A DNA stretch of 64,000 bases from Laspinema sp. D2d (lineage in GTDB: Bacteria > Cyanobacteriota > Cyanobacteriia > Cyanobacteriales > Laspinemataceae). The stretch lies in contig NZ_JAMXFC010000004.1 of the NCBI RefSeq assembly GCF_025370755.1, positions 145,505 through 209,504 on the forward strand, written 5' to 3'. The notes beneath the pieces are model-generated. The model searched no databases, had not been told where the DNA came from, and saw only the letters and a list, made by a program, of their open reading frames with translations. Positions within the stretch are counted from its first letter, which is position 1; the number at the start of each line of letters is the position of its first letter. The position numbers and the translations under genes are program-made. Shown here piece by piece: positions 40,573 through 51,570 of this stretch.

Positions 40573-42366
40573 TTAGTCCAAGCGCCTATCTTCTAGCATA
40601 CCCCGGAATTTGTGTTTGCGGGCGTGGGTTTGTAGTAAGTCTTGCCGATAGGTTTTCCAAATATCCCACTGGTCTTTTTGAATGTAAGCCGCCCGGACTT
40701 TTTTCAACCAGGCGATCGCCTGATTATAGTATTCGGATTTTTTGCGATCTAAAATTGCTTCTGCAAAGGGTTTCGCTGTTTCAATTACCCAGTCTGGACG
40801 TTCAGACATCGCCGCATCCATCACTTGATGGACTAAATCCATGTGATATGAACCCAACCCATTGACGGAGGCGATCGCCTCATCAATTAAGCCTTCATTT
40901 AGGAAAATCTCTACCTTAACTTCAGTTTTTCCCCAAGTTTTATTCTGTCTCAGAGTATTTAATAAATCCGGCTGAAGTTTAGACCAATTTTCTGCACTTA
41001 AGGCTTTAATCCTGAAATAATCTTTAGAATGAGGGTTATCGTAAAAAGCGGATTGTCTGGCCTCTAATTCTACTTCAGGATTTCCCAATTCTTCAGCTAA
41101 TTCAGCAGTCCAACTGGCGAGTTGATATTGGCAATCTCCCGGTAATTTTAACCCCATTTTTCCAATTTCTAGGGCTTTACTCACTTCCCCATTACTGCGT
41201 AAGGTTTCACCCAGGGAGAACGCTTCCTCCATTGTTTTCATCTGGGTCCGGGCGGCTTCCATTGCTTCGGCAGTTCGTCCTAAACTGCCCAACATGGTCA
41301 GATATTGTTTCATGCGCCCTTTCGATTTTGCCAAGTTCAAATATTCCTGATATCGCTCTTGCCTATCGAGAATTTTTAAGCGAATTAGGACCAAATCCCG
41401 GGAAGAATAGGGGTGAGAGTCTTCTGCAATTTCGGGTTCGGTTAGGGTTCCTTTGAGGGCTTGTACCAAATGTGGATCATTCCATCCTTGGGTGAGGGAT
41501 TCTAAGCTGAGGGTAAATTCGGTACTCCACTCCTCTTGGAGTATTTCTAATCGCGATCGCCACTCTTTCACTTCACTGGAACTCAGGGAGTCGCTGAGAA
41601 TCGCTTCGGCGATCGCTTCATCCAGGGCGAGGATAATATCATCGGAATCAATTCCATACTGTTCCACCCGGTCCCAATCTGCTGCACAGGCTGAAGCAAT
41701 GGCTTCTAGCACGATTAACGCATTATAAGTTTCCCCAATTTCTATTAACCCTTGAACATTATCAATTAAATCTAATAACTCCTCAGTTACCGGGTCCTCT
41801 TCCCCATCTAAATTTTCAAAATAACGCATCCCTTCATATAAAATATCCCGCGCCTGCTGCCGAAATGGAGCCGGATTAATGGGGGAGGGTCGCTGAGTAT
41901 TGGCTGGTTGGGTTGGGCTTTTTATTGCAGTTTTTAAAGTGAGGTAGCAGTCAATTTCATCAATAAGTTCTGGATTTTGTTGAACTAATTCTTGCACTAG
42001 CTCTTGGATTTGTTTCAGGTTGAGATGATCAAGCAATTGCTCTAAAGTCGGACGCTCTTGAATAGTTTCGGGTTGCCGCATTACCACAAATAAGGTGGCT
42101 ACAATATGTTCACACCATTCAGCCTTTTGATAGCCACAAGAACAGGTCGCTGAAGTCAAACTGCCCTCATCAAATCCGACCCGAACCCGATAGGGTTGAA
42201 CGGCATGACCTATCACTTCAGCATTGAGTAAATTGCCGCGCCGAGTCACTGCGGTTACATTGCCCGATTCATAATCAGACTGGCCTTTGCTCAAGAATTC
42301 AGGGGCGGATTTTGTGTGAATGAGGCTGTCGGTCAGGTAGGGAGTTTTAAACATAGAGCAATCCAA
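40573..42366 (-). CDS. SWIM zinc-finger domain protein
   Basis: An N-terminal CxC-x(n)-CxH SWIM motif (CSCGYQKAEWCEHIVATLF) heads the protein. The remaining ~480 aa are predicted alpha-helical with no recognisable catalytic domain. Confidence 0.75.
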   Translation of the reverse strand: MDCSMFKTPYLTDSLIHTKSAPEFLSKGQSDYESGNVTAVTRRGNLLNAEVIGHAVQPYRVRVGFDEGSLTSATCSCGYQKAEWCEHIVATLFVVMRQPETIQERPTLEQLLDHLNLKQIQELVQELVQQNPELIDEIDCYLTLKTAIKSPTQPANTQRPSPINPAPFRQQARDILYEGMRYFENLDGEEDPVTEELLDLIDNVQGLIEIGETYNALIVLEAIASACAADWDRVEQYGIDSDDIILALDEAIAEAILSDSLSSSEVKEWRSRLEILQEEWSTEFTLSLESLTQGWNDPHLVQALKGTLTEPEIAEDSHPYSSRDLVLIRLKILDRQERYQEYLNLAKSKGRMKQYLTMLGSLGRTAEAMEAARTQMKTMEEAFSLGETLRSNGEVSKALEIGKMGLKLPGDCQYQLASWTAELAEELGNPEVELEARQSAFYDNPHSKDYFRIKALSAENWSKLQPDLLNTLRQNKTWGKTEVKVEIFLNEGLIDEAIASVNGLGSYHMDLVHQVMDAAMSERPDWVIETAKPFAEAILDRKKSEYYNQAIAWLKKVRAAYIQKDQWDIWKTYRQDLLQTHARKHKFRGMLEDRRLD

Positions 42367-42521
42367 TCTGATGGGTCCAGAGCACTGGACGGGTTGTTAA
42401 AGAATCGGGCAAGCTTATCCTCATCCGCTCAGAGAACAGTAATCGCCAGTTTCTCTAGTTCCTATCATATCCAGAGACGGTCTGACTCGCAAGACTCATT
42501 CACAGATATTAACACCTGCAA

Positions 42522-45161
42522 TTATTCAATTCGTTGACAGTTAGGCGATCGCAAGGCGAGAAACGAAATACTTCCCTCGGGGATTGCTGTAATTAACTGG
42601 ATTCTTCCCTCAATATCCCGTCGCCAAGCTGTCGCTTCTTTCAGTTGGGAAGGCGGATTTTCATAAGAGGGGGTCCGACGGCGAGTAGGGGCGAGGGTCA
42701 CCGTTTCTCCCTCTAACTCTTGGAAAAAGTTGCGTAAATCATGCCATATTGGTTGGGTTTGCAGGGGTTGAGTCGGGTCTGTGGGTAACCCTCCTCGTCC
42801 AGAAATGGTAAACGAATTCTCATCGGATAAAGCACACCCAACAAAGTAATTATTTCCCGCTTGATCCAGCATTTCGGGTAATTGTACTAATCCAGTGGAG
42901 GGATTGACATCAGGGGTATTAATGGTAACACTGCCGCTAAACTCGGCCCCCAGTTCGGAGGTGGCGGTAATATCACTTTGTGGCGTGAGTTCCAGGCGAA
43001 ACTGAGTCCCCAAGATACCTTGGGCGGCGATCGCCACGCGACCCCCAAAACTGGCGCTAGAATTGGCGGTGATATCGCTATTTTCTACGGCAACTAAGGT
43101 ATCGGTAGCGATCGCAATATTCCCACCCGTCCCACTCCCACTGGCATTCGTCGTAATTCCCCCTTGATTCCGCAACCGGATATCCTGAGATTCAATAAAA
43201 ATATTCGCCTGATCTCCTTGGACGGTTTCTGCGGCGATCGCGGCATTGTTGACCAGAATCTGTCGCGCCACAATTTCCATATTCCCGGCAACCCCCGTAT
43301 TCTCACTATTGGCCGAAATGATAGCGCGATCGCCTAAAATTAACTGTCCTGTCTCTAACCGCATCGTCCCTGCATTCCCCGTTTCTGTAGAAGCTGCAAA
43401 AATTCCCGTGGGAAACAATGTTCCAGACTCATCCGTGAAGAAAAATCCCCCCTCGGTTGCCGGAACTGACCCAGTTAACACAATCGCCTCAGTTGCCAGA
43501 ATCTCCAAATTTCCCCCATCCCCTGCACCAAATGTCCCCACGCTAATCTGTGCGCCATCCCGCAAAATTAACCTCGGGGTTTCAATCCGTAAATTATCCC
43601 CATTCCCTTCTCCCAAAGTATCACTAAACACAATCACCGGATTGCCCACGCGATCGACTCCTCCAAATTCCATCACCTCCGTTGCCTGTAATCGCACAGG
43701 ACCCCCATTCCCCGCCTCAAACGTGGTACTGCCCACATTCGCCCCATTCAGAATGCGTAATGCTGCCGTCTCAATCTCTAAACTTCCCGCATTTCCTCTG
43801 CCTTCTGGGTCTACGGTACTTTCCGCCCCTGTGGGCCTTAGCACATCGTTACTGGAATTCAATCCATCAAAAACCACCGACTCCACGGCGCGAATGACGA
43901 GGGGTGCACCATTCCCCTGACCCCGGGTTCCCGTGATGATGCCCGCCCCATCTTTGACCAACACCGAACCCGCCTGAATCTCGATGCCTCCTGCATTTCC
44001 GACCCCTTCGGGGGCCACGTCTGCCGAGGCGATGGTGATGAAATCCTCTCTCCCCTGTCCATCCAATACCACCGACTCTCGGGCGGTAATTTGCAGTTTG
44101 CCGCCATTCCCTTCTCCCGATGTGCTAGTGGAAATCCTGGAACTGGTGGCAGAAAAGGTTGTGGTATTCAAAGTGATGTTCCCACCATCTCCCATCCCCG
44201 TGAGTTGGACTTCATTGGCGATCGCACTCTCTCCAGTTAGCACAATATCCCCCCGGGTGTCAATGTTGATATCCCCAGCTTGTACACCCGGTGTTCCTAA
44301 CCCTTCGGCAATCCCTGCGCGAATCTCAGATTGACCCGAAATCAGCAGATTTTCTACCTGAATCCCGATACTTCCACCGCCTGCCCCTGCCACATCCACT
44401 CGCGCCCCATTGGAGAGATTTAGGGGCGATCGCCCGACGGGTTCCGGCAGTTTTAGCACACTTCCCCCTTGTAATTCGACAACTCCCGCCTCGGATATCC
44501 CGCCCAGGGTCACGGTCCCACCGGGGGCCAATAATTGTCCCCCCTCCAGGGTAATCTCACCCCCAACCAGGGTTAAGGTTTGGTTCGGCAGTACAGTCAG
44601 GACCGCACCTCTCACAAAAATGCTCTCGGCATTGGGTCCATATTGCAATCCAATGGGGACATTCACGCTCAAAATTGGCGAGGAATCAGGGTCCGTGGCA
44701 CTAAAGATGCGATCGCCCGGAAACAAGACACCATTCGCGGTACTCCCGACAAAAGAACCGCCTAGATTCAAAGTTGCATTGGGTCCGAAGGCGATACCAC
44801 TGGGATTAATCAGAAATAAATTCGCATTGCCCTTGGCGGCGATCGCTCCATCAATTTGGGACAATTTACCTCCAGTAATCCGAGTAATAATATTAGAAAT
44901 TGCGGTTGAATTGTTAAAAATTGCCGCGCTTCCCGTCGGGATAGAAAATTCCTGGAAACTATGAAATAAGTTACTCCCCGCAGCAGTTCCCCCTTCAAGG
45001 GTGTAGGTATTGCCGTTGATTTGCACCTGGGAGGGAGTGGGTAGGGTATTATCCGGGATGACTTGCGCCTGGAGGGAGTTCGGCCCTAGACCTCCCTCCA
45101 CGAAAAGCAAGGCACTCACAACACTGAAAATAGATCGATAATAATGACCCCAATTCATCAC
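42522..45161 (-). CDS. filamentous hemagglutinin N-terminal (TPS) domain protein, right-handed beta-helix
   Basis: A signal peptide precedes the TPS/hemagglutination-activity domain (NGNTYTLEGGTAAGSNLFHSFQEFSIPTGSAAIFNN...GNANLFLINPSGI). A long Gly/Asn/Thr-rich beta-helical repeat region follows. Confidence 0.85.
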   Translation of the reverse strand: MMNWGHYYRSIFSVVSALLFVEGGLGPNSLQAQVIPDNTLPTPSQVQINGNTYTLEGGTAAGSNLFHSFQEFSIPTGSAAIFNNSTAISNIITRITGGKLSQIDGAIAAKGNANLFLINPSGIAFGPNATLNLGGSFVGSTANGVLFPGDRIFSATDPDSSPILSVNVPIGLQYGPNAESIFVRGAVLTVLPNQTLTLVGGEITLEGGQLLAPGGTVTLGGISEAGVVELQGGSVLKLPEPVGRSPLNLSNGARVDVAGAGGGSIGIQVENLLISGQSEIRAGIAEGLGTPGVQAGDINIDTRGDIVLTGESAIANEVQLTGMGDGGNITLNTTTFSATSSRISTSTSGEGNGGKLQITARESVVLDGQGREDFITIASADVAPEGVGNAGGIEIQAGSVLVKDGAGIITGTRGQGNGAPLVIRAVESVVFDGLNSSNDVLRPTGAESTVDPEGRGNAGSLEIETAALRILNGANVGSTTFEAGNGGPVRLQATEVMEFGGVDRVGNPVIVFSDTLGEGNGDNLRIETPRLILRDGAQISVGTFGAGDGGNLEILATEAIVLTGSVPATEGGFFFTDESGTLFPTGIFAASTETGNAGTMRLETGQLILGDRAIISANSENTGVAGNMEIVARQILVNNAAIAAETVQGDQANIFIESQDIRLRNQGGITTNASGSGTGGNIAIATDTLVAVENSDITANSSASFGGRVAIAAQGILGTQFRLELTPQSDITATSELGAEFSGSVTINTPDVNPSTGLVQLPEMLDQAGNNYFVGCALSDENSFTISGRGGLPTDPTQPLQTQPIWHDLRNFFQELEGETVTLAPTRRRTPSYENPPSQLKEATAWRRDIEGRIQLITAIPEGSISFLALRSPNCQRIE

Positions 45162-45593
45162 GGTTTGCCAACTCCTGACTCTACTATTTTTCTTTATGAT
45201 TACAGAAACTCCCGATTAATCCCGGATCGGCAGTCCTTCTGTGAAAGGAGAGGGGGCATTTTTAGGATTTATGCAAGAGTTATAGAGGAGTTTCTCCCGG
45301 CGATCGCTCTTATTAATCAAAGGGTATAAGGGCGATCGGCTAGAGTAAAGGTTGATTATCATTATCCCTGCATCACCGATGTCTCATCACCTATTTCAGT
45401 GGGGCATCCGGGGCGACTCTTCCCCAAGACAGATGTCAGTTGTCACCCTTTTATTATAGCGTGGAATTTGTATGCTAAAAACAGCCCTACCCGTTATCAC
45501 CGAATGCGGGCAGTTCTTAAGGTTTATTCTGTTATATTAAGGGGTCGATCTACCCACTTAAATCGGTAGAATTCAATCACTGAGGTTTTAGAG

Positions 45594-46829
45594 TTGATGA
45601 TGAAATTAACCCATATTCTCACTGTCATACCCATCGTGAGTCTGATCGGGGTTGCCAGTTGTACCGCCCCCTCGGGCGCATTGCTGGAAAATAGTACCAC
45701 CGGACCAGGAAACCGGCCCCAGGAACAGGCGCAAGGGGTTCCCACCCCCAGCAACGAGGCCGCTTGCATCCTGGTAGAAAATGGGTTTGGTCCCGCAGGT
45801 CAAGTCAATGTTCGGGTAGAAGAGGTCGTAAGTGGACTAGATGTTCCCTGGGGCATTGGGTTTTTGCCCAATGGGGATATGCTGGTAACCGAACGAACGG
45901 GACAGGTGAGATTGGTCCAAAACGGGCAACTGCGGCCCGAGGCAGTTGCTACGATTAATGTGACGGCCAGGGGTGAGGGGGGACTACTGGGAATTGCCAC
46001 CCATCCGGATTTTGCCAGTAATCGCTTCTTTTATGTTTACTATACTGCCGATACAAATGACTCATCGGTTAACCGGGTGGAACGATGGCAACTTGCCCCA
46101 GATGGATTAAGTGCCACTCGCGATCGCCTGATTTTGGATAATATTCCCGTCGCACAATTCCACAATGGCGGACGGATTCGCTTTGGACCTGATGGAATGT
46201 TGTATATTGGCACCGGAGATGCCCGCGAACCGGACTTATCCCAAGATGTCAGCAGTCTCGCCGGTAAAATTCTCCGGGTCACTCCCGAGGGCGATGTCCC
46301 CCCAGATAATCCGTTTCCGGGTAATCCTGTCTATATTTTGGGCATTCGTAATACTCAAGGATTTGACTGGGTGAATGACACCACCTTACAAGTCACGGAT
46401 CATGGACCCAGTGGGGAATTAGGCAGACGAGGCCATGATAAATTGAGTGTCGCACAAGCAGGGGATAATCTGGGGTGGCCGACCCTGGAACGCTGTGAAT
46501 CCCAAGCGGGATTAGTCACCCCTTCTCTGGTGTGGCGGGAGGCATTACCCCCGGGAGGTGCAGCTATTTATACAGGGACGGCGATTCCGGAATGGCAAGG
46601 GAATTTAATCATTGCTTCCCTGCGATCGGAACATTTGCAGCGCATAGTTTTTGACCCGCAATCTCCCCAACAAGTGCAACAACATGAAGTATATTTACAA
46701 GGGGAATACGGACGACTCCGAGAGGCGATCGTCGGACCGGATGGGGAGTTATACATCACCACCAGCAATTGTGATGGTCGCGGCGGTTGTCCCCCGGATG
46801 GTGATAAAATTCTTCGCATCACTCGCTAA
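45594..46829 (+). CDS. PQQ-dependent soluble sugar dehydrogenase (glucose/sorbosone dehydrogenase family), lipoprotein
   Basis: It has a lipobox (GVASC). GSDH beta-propeller motifs are present (LDVPWGIGFLPNGDMLVTERTGQVRLV, FHNGGRIRFGPDGMLYIGTGD). Confidence 0.85.
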   Translation: MMMKLTHILTVIPIVSLIGVASCTAPSGALLENSTTGPGNRPQEQAQGVPTPSNEAACILVENGFGPAGQVNVRVEEVVSGLDVPWGIGFLPNGDMLVTERTGQVRLVQNGQLRPEAVATINVTARGEGGLLGIATHPDFASNRFFYVYYTADTNDSSVNRVERWQLAPDGLSATRDRLILDNIPVAQFHNGGRIRFGPDGMLYIGTGDAREPDLSQDVSSLAGKILRVTPEGDVPPDNPFPGNPVYILGIRNTQGFDWVNDTTLQVTDHGPSGELGRRGHDKLSVAQAGDNLGWPTLERCESQAGLVTPSLVWREALPPGGAAIYTGTAIPEWQGNLIIASLRSEHLQRIVFDPQSPQQVQQHEVYLQGEYGRLREAIVGPDGELYITTSNCDGRGGCPPDGDKILRITR

Positions 46830-46866
46830 AGTTTAATGAGATAAATCAATTGGAGATTTTACGATC

Positions 46867-47637
46867 ATGAAAAATCAGAAGAAAGGGCGTTTGGGTTCAG
46901 TTTTCCTTGGATTTATGGCGGTATTGCTGCTAATTGCTTGTCAGGGAATGGGGCAAACTAACCTGTCTCAAACTCTACCAACCATGAATACCACTCCACC
47001 AAATGAACTAAGTGCTTCTCCCGCTGAATTACCCCCATTGCCTTACCCCTATAATGCCCTCGAACCCCATATTGATGCTCAAACAATGGAGTTACATCAT
47101 GATAAGCATCATGCCAGCTACGTCACTAATTTGAATAAGGCTTTAGAAAATAACGCAAACCTTAAAAACCAAAGCGTTGAGTCTTTAATTCGCAATTTAA
47201 ATCAAATCCCCGAAGAGATTCGCACTGCGGTTAGAAATAACGGCGGAGGTCACGTCAATCATTCCATGTTTTGGGAAATTATGAGTCCTAATGGTGGGGG
47301 AGAACCTACTGGGGCGATCGCCGAAGCGATTAACGAAACTTTTGGCAGTTTTGAAACCTTCAAAGAGCAATTTAATCAAGCAGGAAGCAGTCGATTTGGC
47401 AGTGGTTGGGTTTGGTTAGTTCGTAATGCTCAAGGACAACTAGAAATTACCAGTACCCCGAATCAAGATAGTCCCCTCATGGATGGACAATATCCCATCA
47501 TGGGCAATGATGTCTGGGAACACGCCTATTATTTGAACTACCAAAATCAGCGGGGAGAATATTTAAAAAATTGGTGGAATGTCGTCAATTGGGAAGCAGT
47601 AAACCGCCGCTTTGAACGCGCTTCTCAAGCGAGTTAA
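46867..47637 (+). CDS. sodA: Mn-type superoxide dismutase with N-terminal lipoprotein/membrane anchor
   Basis: Fe/Mn-SOD motifs are present: HHDKHH, the Mn-type [12 protein letters not shown] and [10 protein letters not shown] lipobox LLIAC sits in the N-terminal extension. Confidence 0.85.
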   Translation: MKNQKKGRLGSVFLGFMAVLLLIACQGMGQTNLSQTLPTMNTTPPNELSASPAELPPLPYPYNALEPHIDAQTMELHHDKHHASYVTNLNKALENNANLKNQSVESLIRNLNQIPEEIRTAVRNNGGGHVNHSMFWEIMSPNGGGEPTGAIAEAINETFGSFETFKEQFNQAGSSRFGSGWVWLVRNAQGQLEITSTPNQDSPLMDGQYPIMGNDVWEHAYYLNYQNQRGEYLKNWWNVVNWEAVNRRFERASQAS

Positions 47638-47870
47638 CGTTTTCACCCCCGGGTTTCTGACCCCAGTCCCAAGGGTCATCCTCGGTATTTAAAAACCGAG
47701 GATAACCGGAACTAGAAGCACTTCAGACTTTTGCAAGACCCAGTTTCAACCCTTTGCAGATTACCCCGCGCACGCCTCGGCTGTATTTAGGACGTTCCTC
47801 CCTTCTGAGTCAGGGTTTTAGGGGAAATTTCCCTTTACAATTATCATAAACCTACAGGACTATCAGATAA

Positions 47871-49274
47871 ATGTTTCAAGCAACACGCCGACGGTTAGCG
47901 ATTTGGTATGCTGCACTCACCGCAGTGTTGCTGCTGGTGTTTGCTACGGGATTTTATGTGTATGTTCGGAGTACCTTAATCGATCGCATTGATGACACTC
48001 TCAAGCACGTTGTTGAAGTGGTAGAACGATCGCTGGCGATCGATGAAAACCCCAACACCGGCCAATATACCGTAAATGTTGTTGCTAGTTTTCGCAACAA
48101 TGCCAAAACCGTGGAAGATGACCATATTGATTTAGAATGGTTTAGTTCTACGGGAGAATTATTGTGGTCTACCCTTTGGGAACCCTTAAAGATTCCCCTG
48201 CACCCGAAAAAGAATGGGGAAACGGTACAACTGTCGGGAGGACAACTCCTGCGCCAATTTACCGATCGCGTGGAAATTGGACGGCAAGTGGTGGGATATT
48301 TGCGAGTCAGTCATCCTTGGTTTGAAGTTACCAAACCGATTCGCCAGTTAATTATTGATTTAAGTTTGGGAACTTCTCTGATGGCGATCGCTATTAGTGC
48401 GATCGCTTGGTTACTGTCAGGATTAGCCATGAAACCTGTGCGAGACTCCTACCAGCGTCTCAAACAGTTTACCTCCGATGCGTCCCACGAACTCAGAAAT
48501 CCGATCGCTACCATTCAAACCAATGTGCAAGTGGCCCTTGCGGACCCGGAATTAGATTCACCTATCCATCGCCAGCAATTGCAATTAGTGGAACGCTTGA
48601 CGCGCCGGATGGGACGATTGGTGGATGATTTGCTCTTCCTCGCGCGACAAGATAGCGGCATGGTGAAGGTGAGAAAACAACCTGTGCCAATGGATGCGTT
48701 ATTGATGGAAGTGATGGAGGAACAGGAGGCGATCGCCGCCGAAAAAGGGATTAAATTAGTATTAGAAATTATTGATCCACCCGATCGCAGCAATCAGACC
48801 CTTTCCCCCCTTATGGATCCAGAAACCGAACCGGGACTGGATTTTACAATTCCCGGCGATTGGGACCAACTGGCGCGACTGTTTACAAACTTAGTCAGTA
48901 ATGGATTACAATACACGGCGAAAGGGGGCCAAATTACCATCACCTTAGAATGTAGCGCGGTGAGCAATCGCCCGAGTGTCAATGGTGGGGTGCAAATTAC
49001 GGTGAAAGATAGCGGAATTGGGATTTCGGCAGAGTCCCTGCCTCATATTTTCGATCGCTTTTATCGTGTGGATCCGGCGCGGAGTCATGAACCGGAACAA
49101 TCGCCGGAATGGGGTTCTACGGGTTCCGGATTAGGACTAGCCATCGCCCAAGCGATCGTTGAAAATCATCACGGCGGGATTCGGGTAGACAGTCAGCTTA
49201 ATCGGGGTACTACCGTCAGCGTTATCCTTCCCCTCTCCAAACCCGATTTAGAAAAATCGCACCCCGAGGCATAA
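47871..49274 (+). CDS. membrane sensor histidine kinase
   Basis: Two TM segments flank a periplasmic loop. HisKA (SDASHELRNPIATIQTN) and HATPase_c (GSGLGLAIAQAIV) domains follow. Confidence 0.9.
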   Translation: MFQATRRRLAIWYAALTAVLLLVFATGFYVYVRSTLIDRIDDTLKHVVEVVERSLAIDENPNTGQYTVNVVASFRNNAKTVEDDHIDLEWFSSTGELLWSTLWEPLKIPLHPKKNGETVQLSGGQLLRQFTDRVEIGRQVVGYLRVSHPWFEVTKPIRQLIIDLSLGTSLMAIAISAIAWLLSGLAMKPVRDSYQRLKQFTSDASHELRNPIATIQTNVQVALADPELDSPIHRQQLQLVERLTRRMGRLVDDLLFLARQDSGMVKVRKQPVPMDALLMEVMEEQEAIAAEKGIKLVLEIIDPPDRSNQTLSPLMDPETEPGLDFTIPGDWDQLARLFTNLVSNGLQYTAKGGQITITLECSAVSNRPSVNGGVQITVKDSGIGISAESLPHIFDRFYRVDPARSHEPEQSPEWGSTGSGLGLAIAQAIVENHHGGIRVDSQLNRGTTVSVILPLSKPDLEKSHPEA

Positions 49275-49842
49275 TATCCGCAAAGGACAGAGCGAATTTG
49301 AAGGATATAATCGCTCTGATTCCCCTGCTATGTTTCCGTGCTAAACTTCGATTTGTGACTGGCCGGTGCAGATGGCACAGGAGCATCCAAGGGCATCCCG
49401 GATCGGGTCACTTCCAGACCCCTGAGCGATTAAAGCCCCTTGATGGGGGATTTCCGGACTCATCCAGACTGAGGCTAAGTTACCGGAAACTTGAGAAAGC
49501 AGACTTGGATGGAGGGGAGTGGCGATCGCTTTAGTTGGAGCAATTTGCGTCACTTGAGCCACGGGTTGGCTCAGATTAGCCATTACCAAGAACGGTTGCG
49601 CCGCAGCGAGGATAGAAGTAATCGCTAACGTTAACGCTAAACTGAGGGCCGGAGCAAGTTTAAATCGAATCATAAGTTCTGCTTGTGCGAGTGGAGTGTC
49701 TTGAGTTGGGATGATGTTTAAGCTAACCATTTGTTCCTTTCACGATAGCATCAAACCCTCCGGACTGACTACCCTGTACCCGCCTTTGGATGTTGCCCGG
49801 ATCCGGCTTACCGCATTGAATCTTGAGCCGTTGCCACCGGGG

Positions 49843-50502
49843 TTATCGGGGACGATAAGTTCCCGGAATTTTTTTAGACAATCCTTCCGCAAATTCTTTC
49901 TCGAACTCAAAGGCTTCTACTTCTAATTTATTATTTCGGTAGGTTTCTCCAGCCTTCTTGTATTCTTTGAAATAGTGATAGCCAAAATTTCCCAAGCTGC
50001 CCAGTCGTTCATGCTGTTGGCAGTGGATGAGTTCATGGGAGAGTAGGACCAGTTGATCGAAGTCCTTTTCTTTCATTTCCTTTTTAATGTAAATGGTGTT
50101 TCCATAAACTTGAGCGTTGGATTCACCGACATTAATTTTGAAACTTGCCGCTACCCAATCCTCCATTAAAGTAGCATTATAAACCACTTCTACCCGATCA
50201 ACTAAATCGCCAAAAGAGGGACGTAAATACTTTTTTTGAGTCTCGGTTAAAGCTTGCGGTTCAGCGTTATTGGAGCGCATTACTTCTGCGGCTGCTTGAT
50301 AAGCAATGGCCCCAAATTGACCCCAAGCTTCTTCCGGCATTTCTTTGGGAACTTTTCCCCGGCAAATCTGGCCTCCAAAGGTTTGGAGTTTTGGGCAAGT
50401 GTGGCTTTCTGGATTAATCATGGGATTACTGAAGGCTCCGAAACCCACGGTTACGAATCCCAGACAAGCACCAATTAAGTTTACTTTACGGGAGGTGAGC
50501 AT
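49843..50502 (-). CDS. DUF4157-like HExxH zinc-metallopeptidase-fold protein, probable lipoprotein
   Basis: It has a signal/lipobox (LIGAC). The motif LLSHELIHCQQHE matches the HExxHxxQ signature of DUF4157. Confidence 0.65.
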   Translation of the reverse strand: MLTSRKVNLIGACLGFVTVGFGAFSNPMINPESHTCPKLQTFGGQICRGKVPKEMPEEAWGQFGAIAYQAAAEVMRSNNAEPQALTETQKKYLRPSFGDLVDRVEVVYNATLMEDWVAASFKINVGESNAQVYGNTIYIKKEMKEKDFDQLVLLSHELIHCQQHERLGSLGNFGYHYFKEYKKAGETYRNNKLEVEAFEFEKEFAEGLSKKIPGTYRPR

Positions 50503-51570
50503 AACCTCAATACTGAACTTTTCTAGGGTTATTCTTGGCGGATTTTGACGCTCCCGGAAATCTGGTTTGGCTCACGGTTAACCCCCTCTAAAAGTTGCCA
50601 GATTACAAGCGCCGGTCATGGAGATTTAAGCCGCGATCGCCGGGGTAAAAGTTCCCTGAATGGGGGAAATGCTTTGGAGTGGTTTGGGAGCGATCGCGCT
50701 TGGAAATAGTTTACCCGGTTTTCACCTAAAAATTGATCCGGTTTTTAGCGGTATGTCCCCCAAATTTCAGGAATGAAATTCCAGATATCTCCTTGAGGAT
50801 CAAGTTTTGCCCTTGTCCCATTCGATGCAAGTGCCGGGAAATTTGCGCGGGTCTTCCCAAAAAATTGACTCGCTTTGGACGATTCAATTCCCCGGAGGGG
50901 TGCCGATCCCGGAACGGGTAGGGTTCATCTCAACCACCGGAAGGACTCCCTCTAGGCTGCTATTTTCTGGGCTTTAAGCTCGTGCTCGGTTCAATGATTC
51001 AAACATCCTAAGTGGGTTGATATTGTTTAGAGAATTATCCGGTAGACATACCCCATCCCACTGTTCCAAAACCGTTATTTTGGCTACAATTGACGGTTAA
51101 TGTAGTCCGGCGATCGCTACAACTGTCCCCTTTTTGAACTAGATTTCTAGGTAAATTTGCTCTATTTAGAGTACCCGAGATATTCTGCATTCTAACGATC
51201 TCCAGGGGGAATCAACAGTCAATGGTCATCGGTTCTTGGAATCACTGCTAGGTTAGCCCTTACCTGCCCTGCTTTCCTCCCGAGAAAATCCAATCGAGGA
51301 AAGCTCCTTCACCCTGCCTGTCGGGGGCCGAATTTAAACAAATTTGGACCTCATTCCATCCGGGTGATCCCAATGGGCTAGAGGGCTACAATAGGAGTCA
51401 TGATTAGGCGGGCTGCCATCACCGTTAAGTTCAGGCTCTGTCCCATAACGTTAACATTGGATTTCTAATTCCTAACGCTTAGTTGTGGTCGTTCAATTCA
51501 ATTTCAAAATCTGCATAGCCTCTTATTTTAACAGTCGCCGGAGCCAATTCCTACCCCAAGGATTGCCCTG

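Noticed and set aside
43246-44964. Multiple plus-strand ORFs (up to 224 aa) inside the TPS/beta-helix gene
   Set aside because: Pro/Ser-rich antisense translations of a Gly/Asn/Thr-rich repeat gene. The minus-strand product has a signal peptide and a TPS domain.
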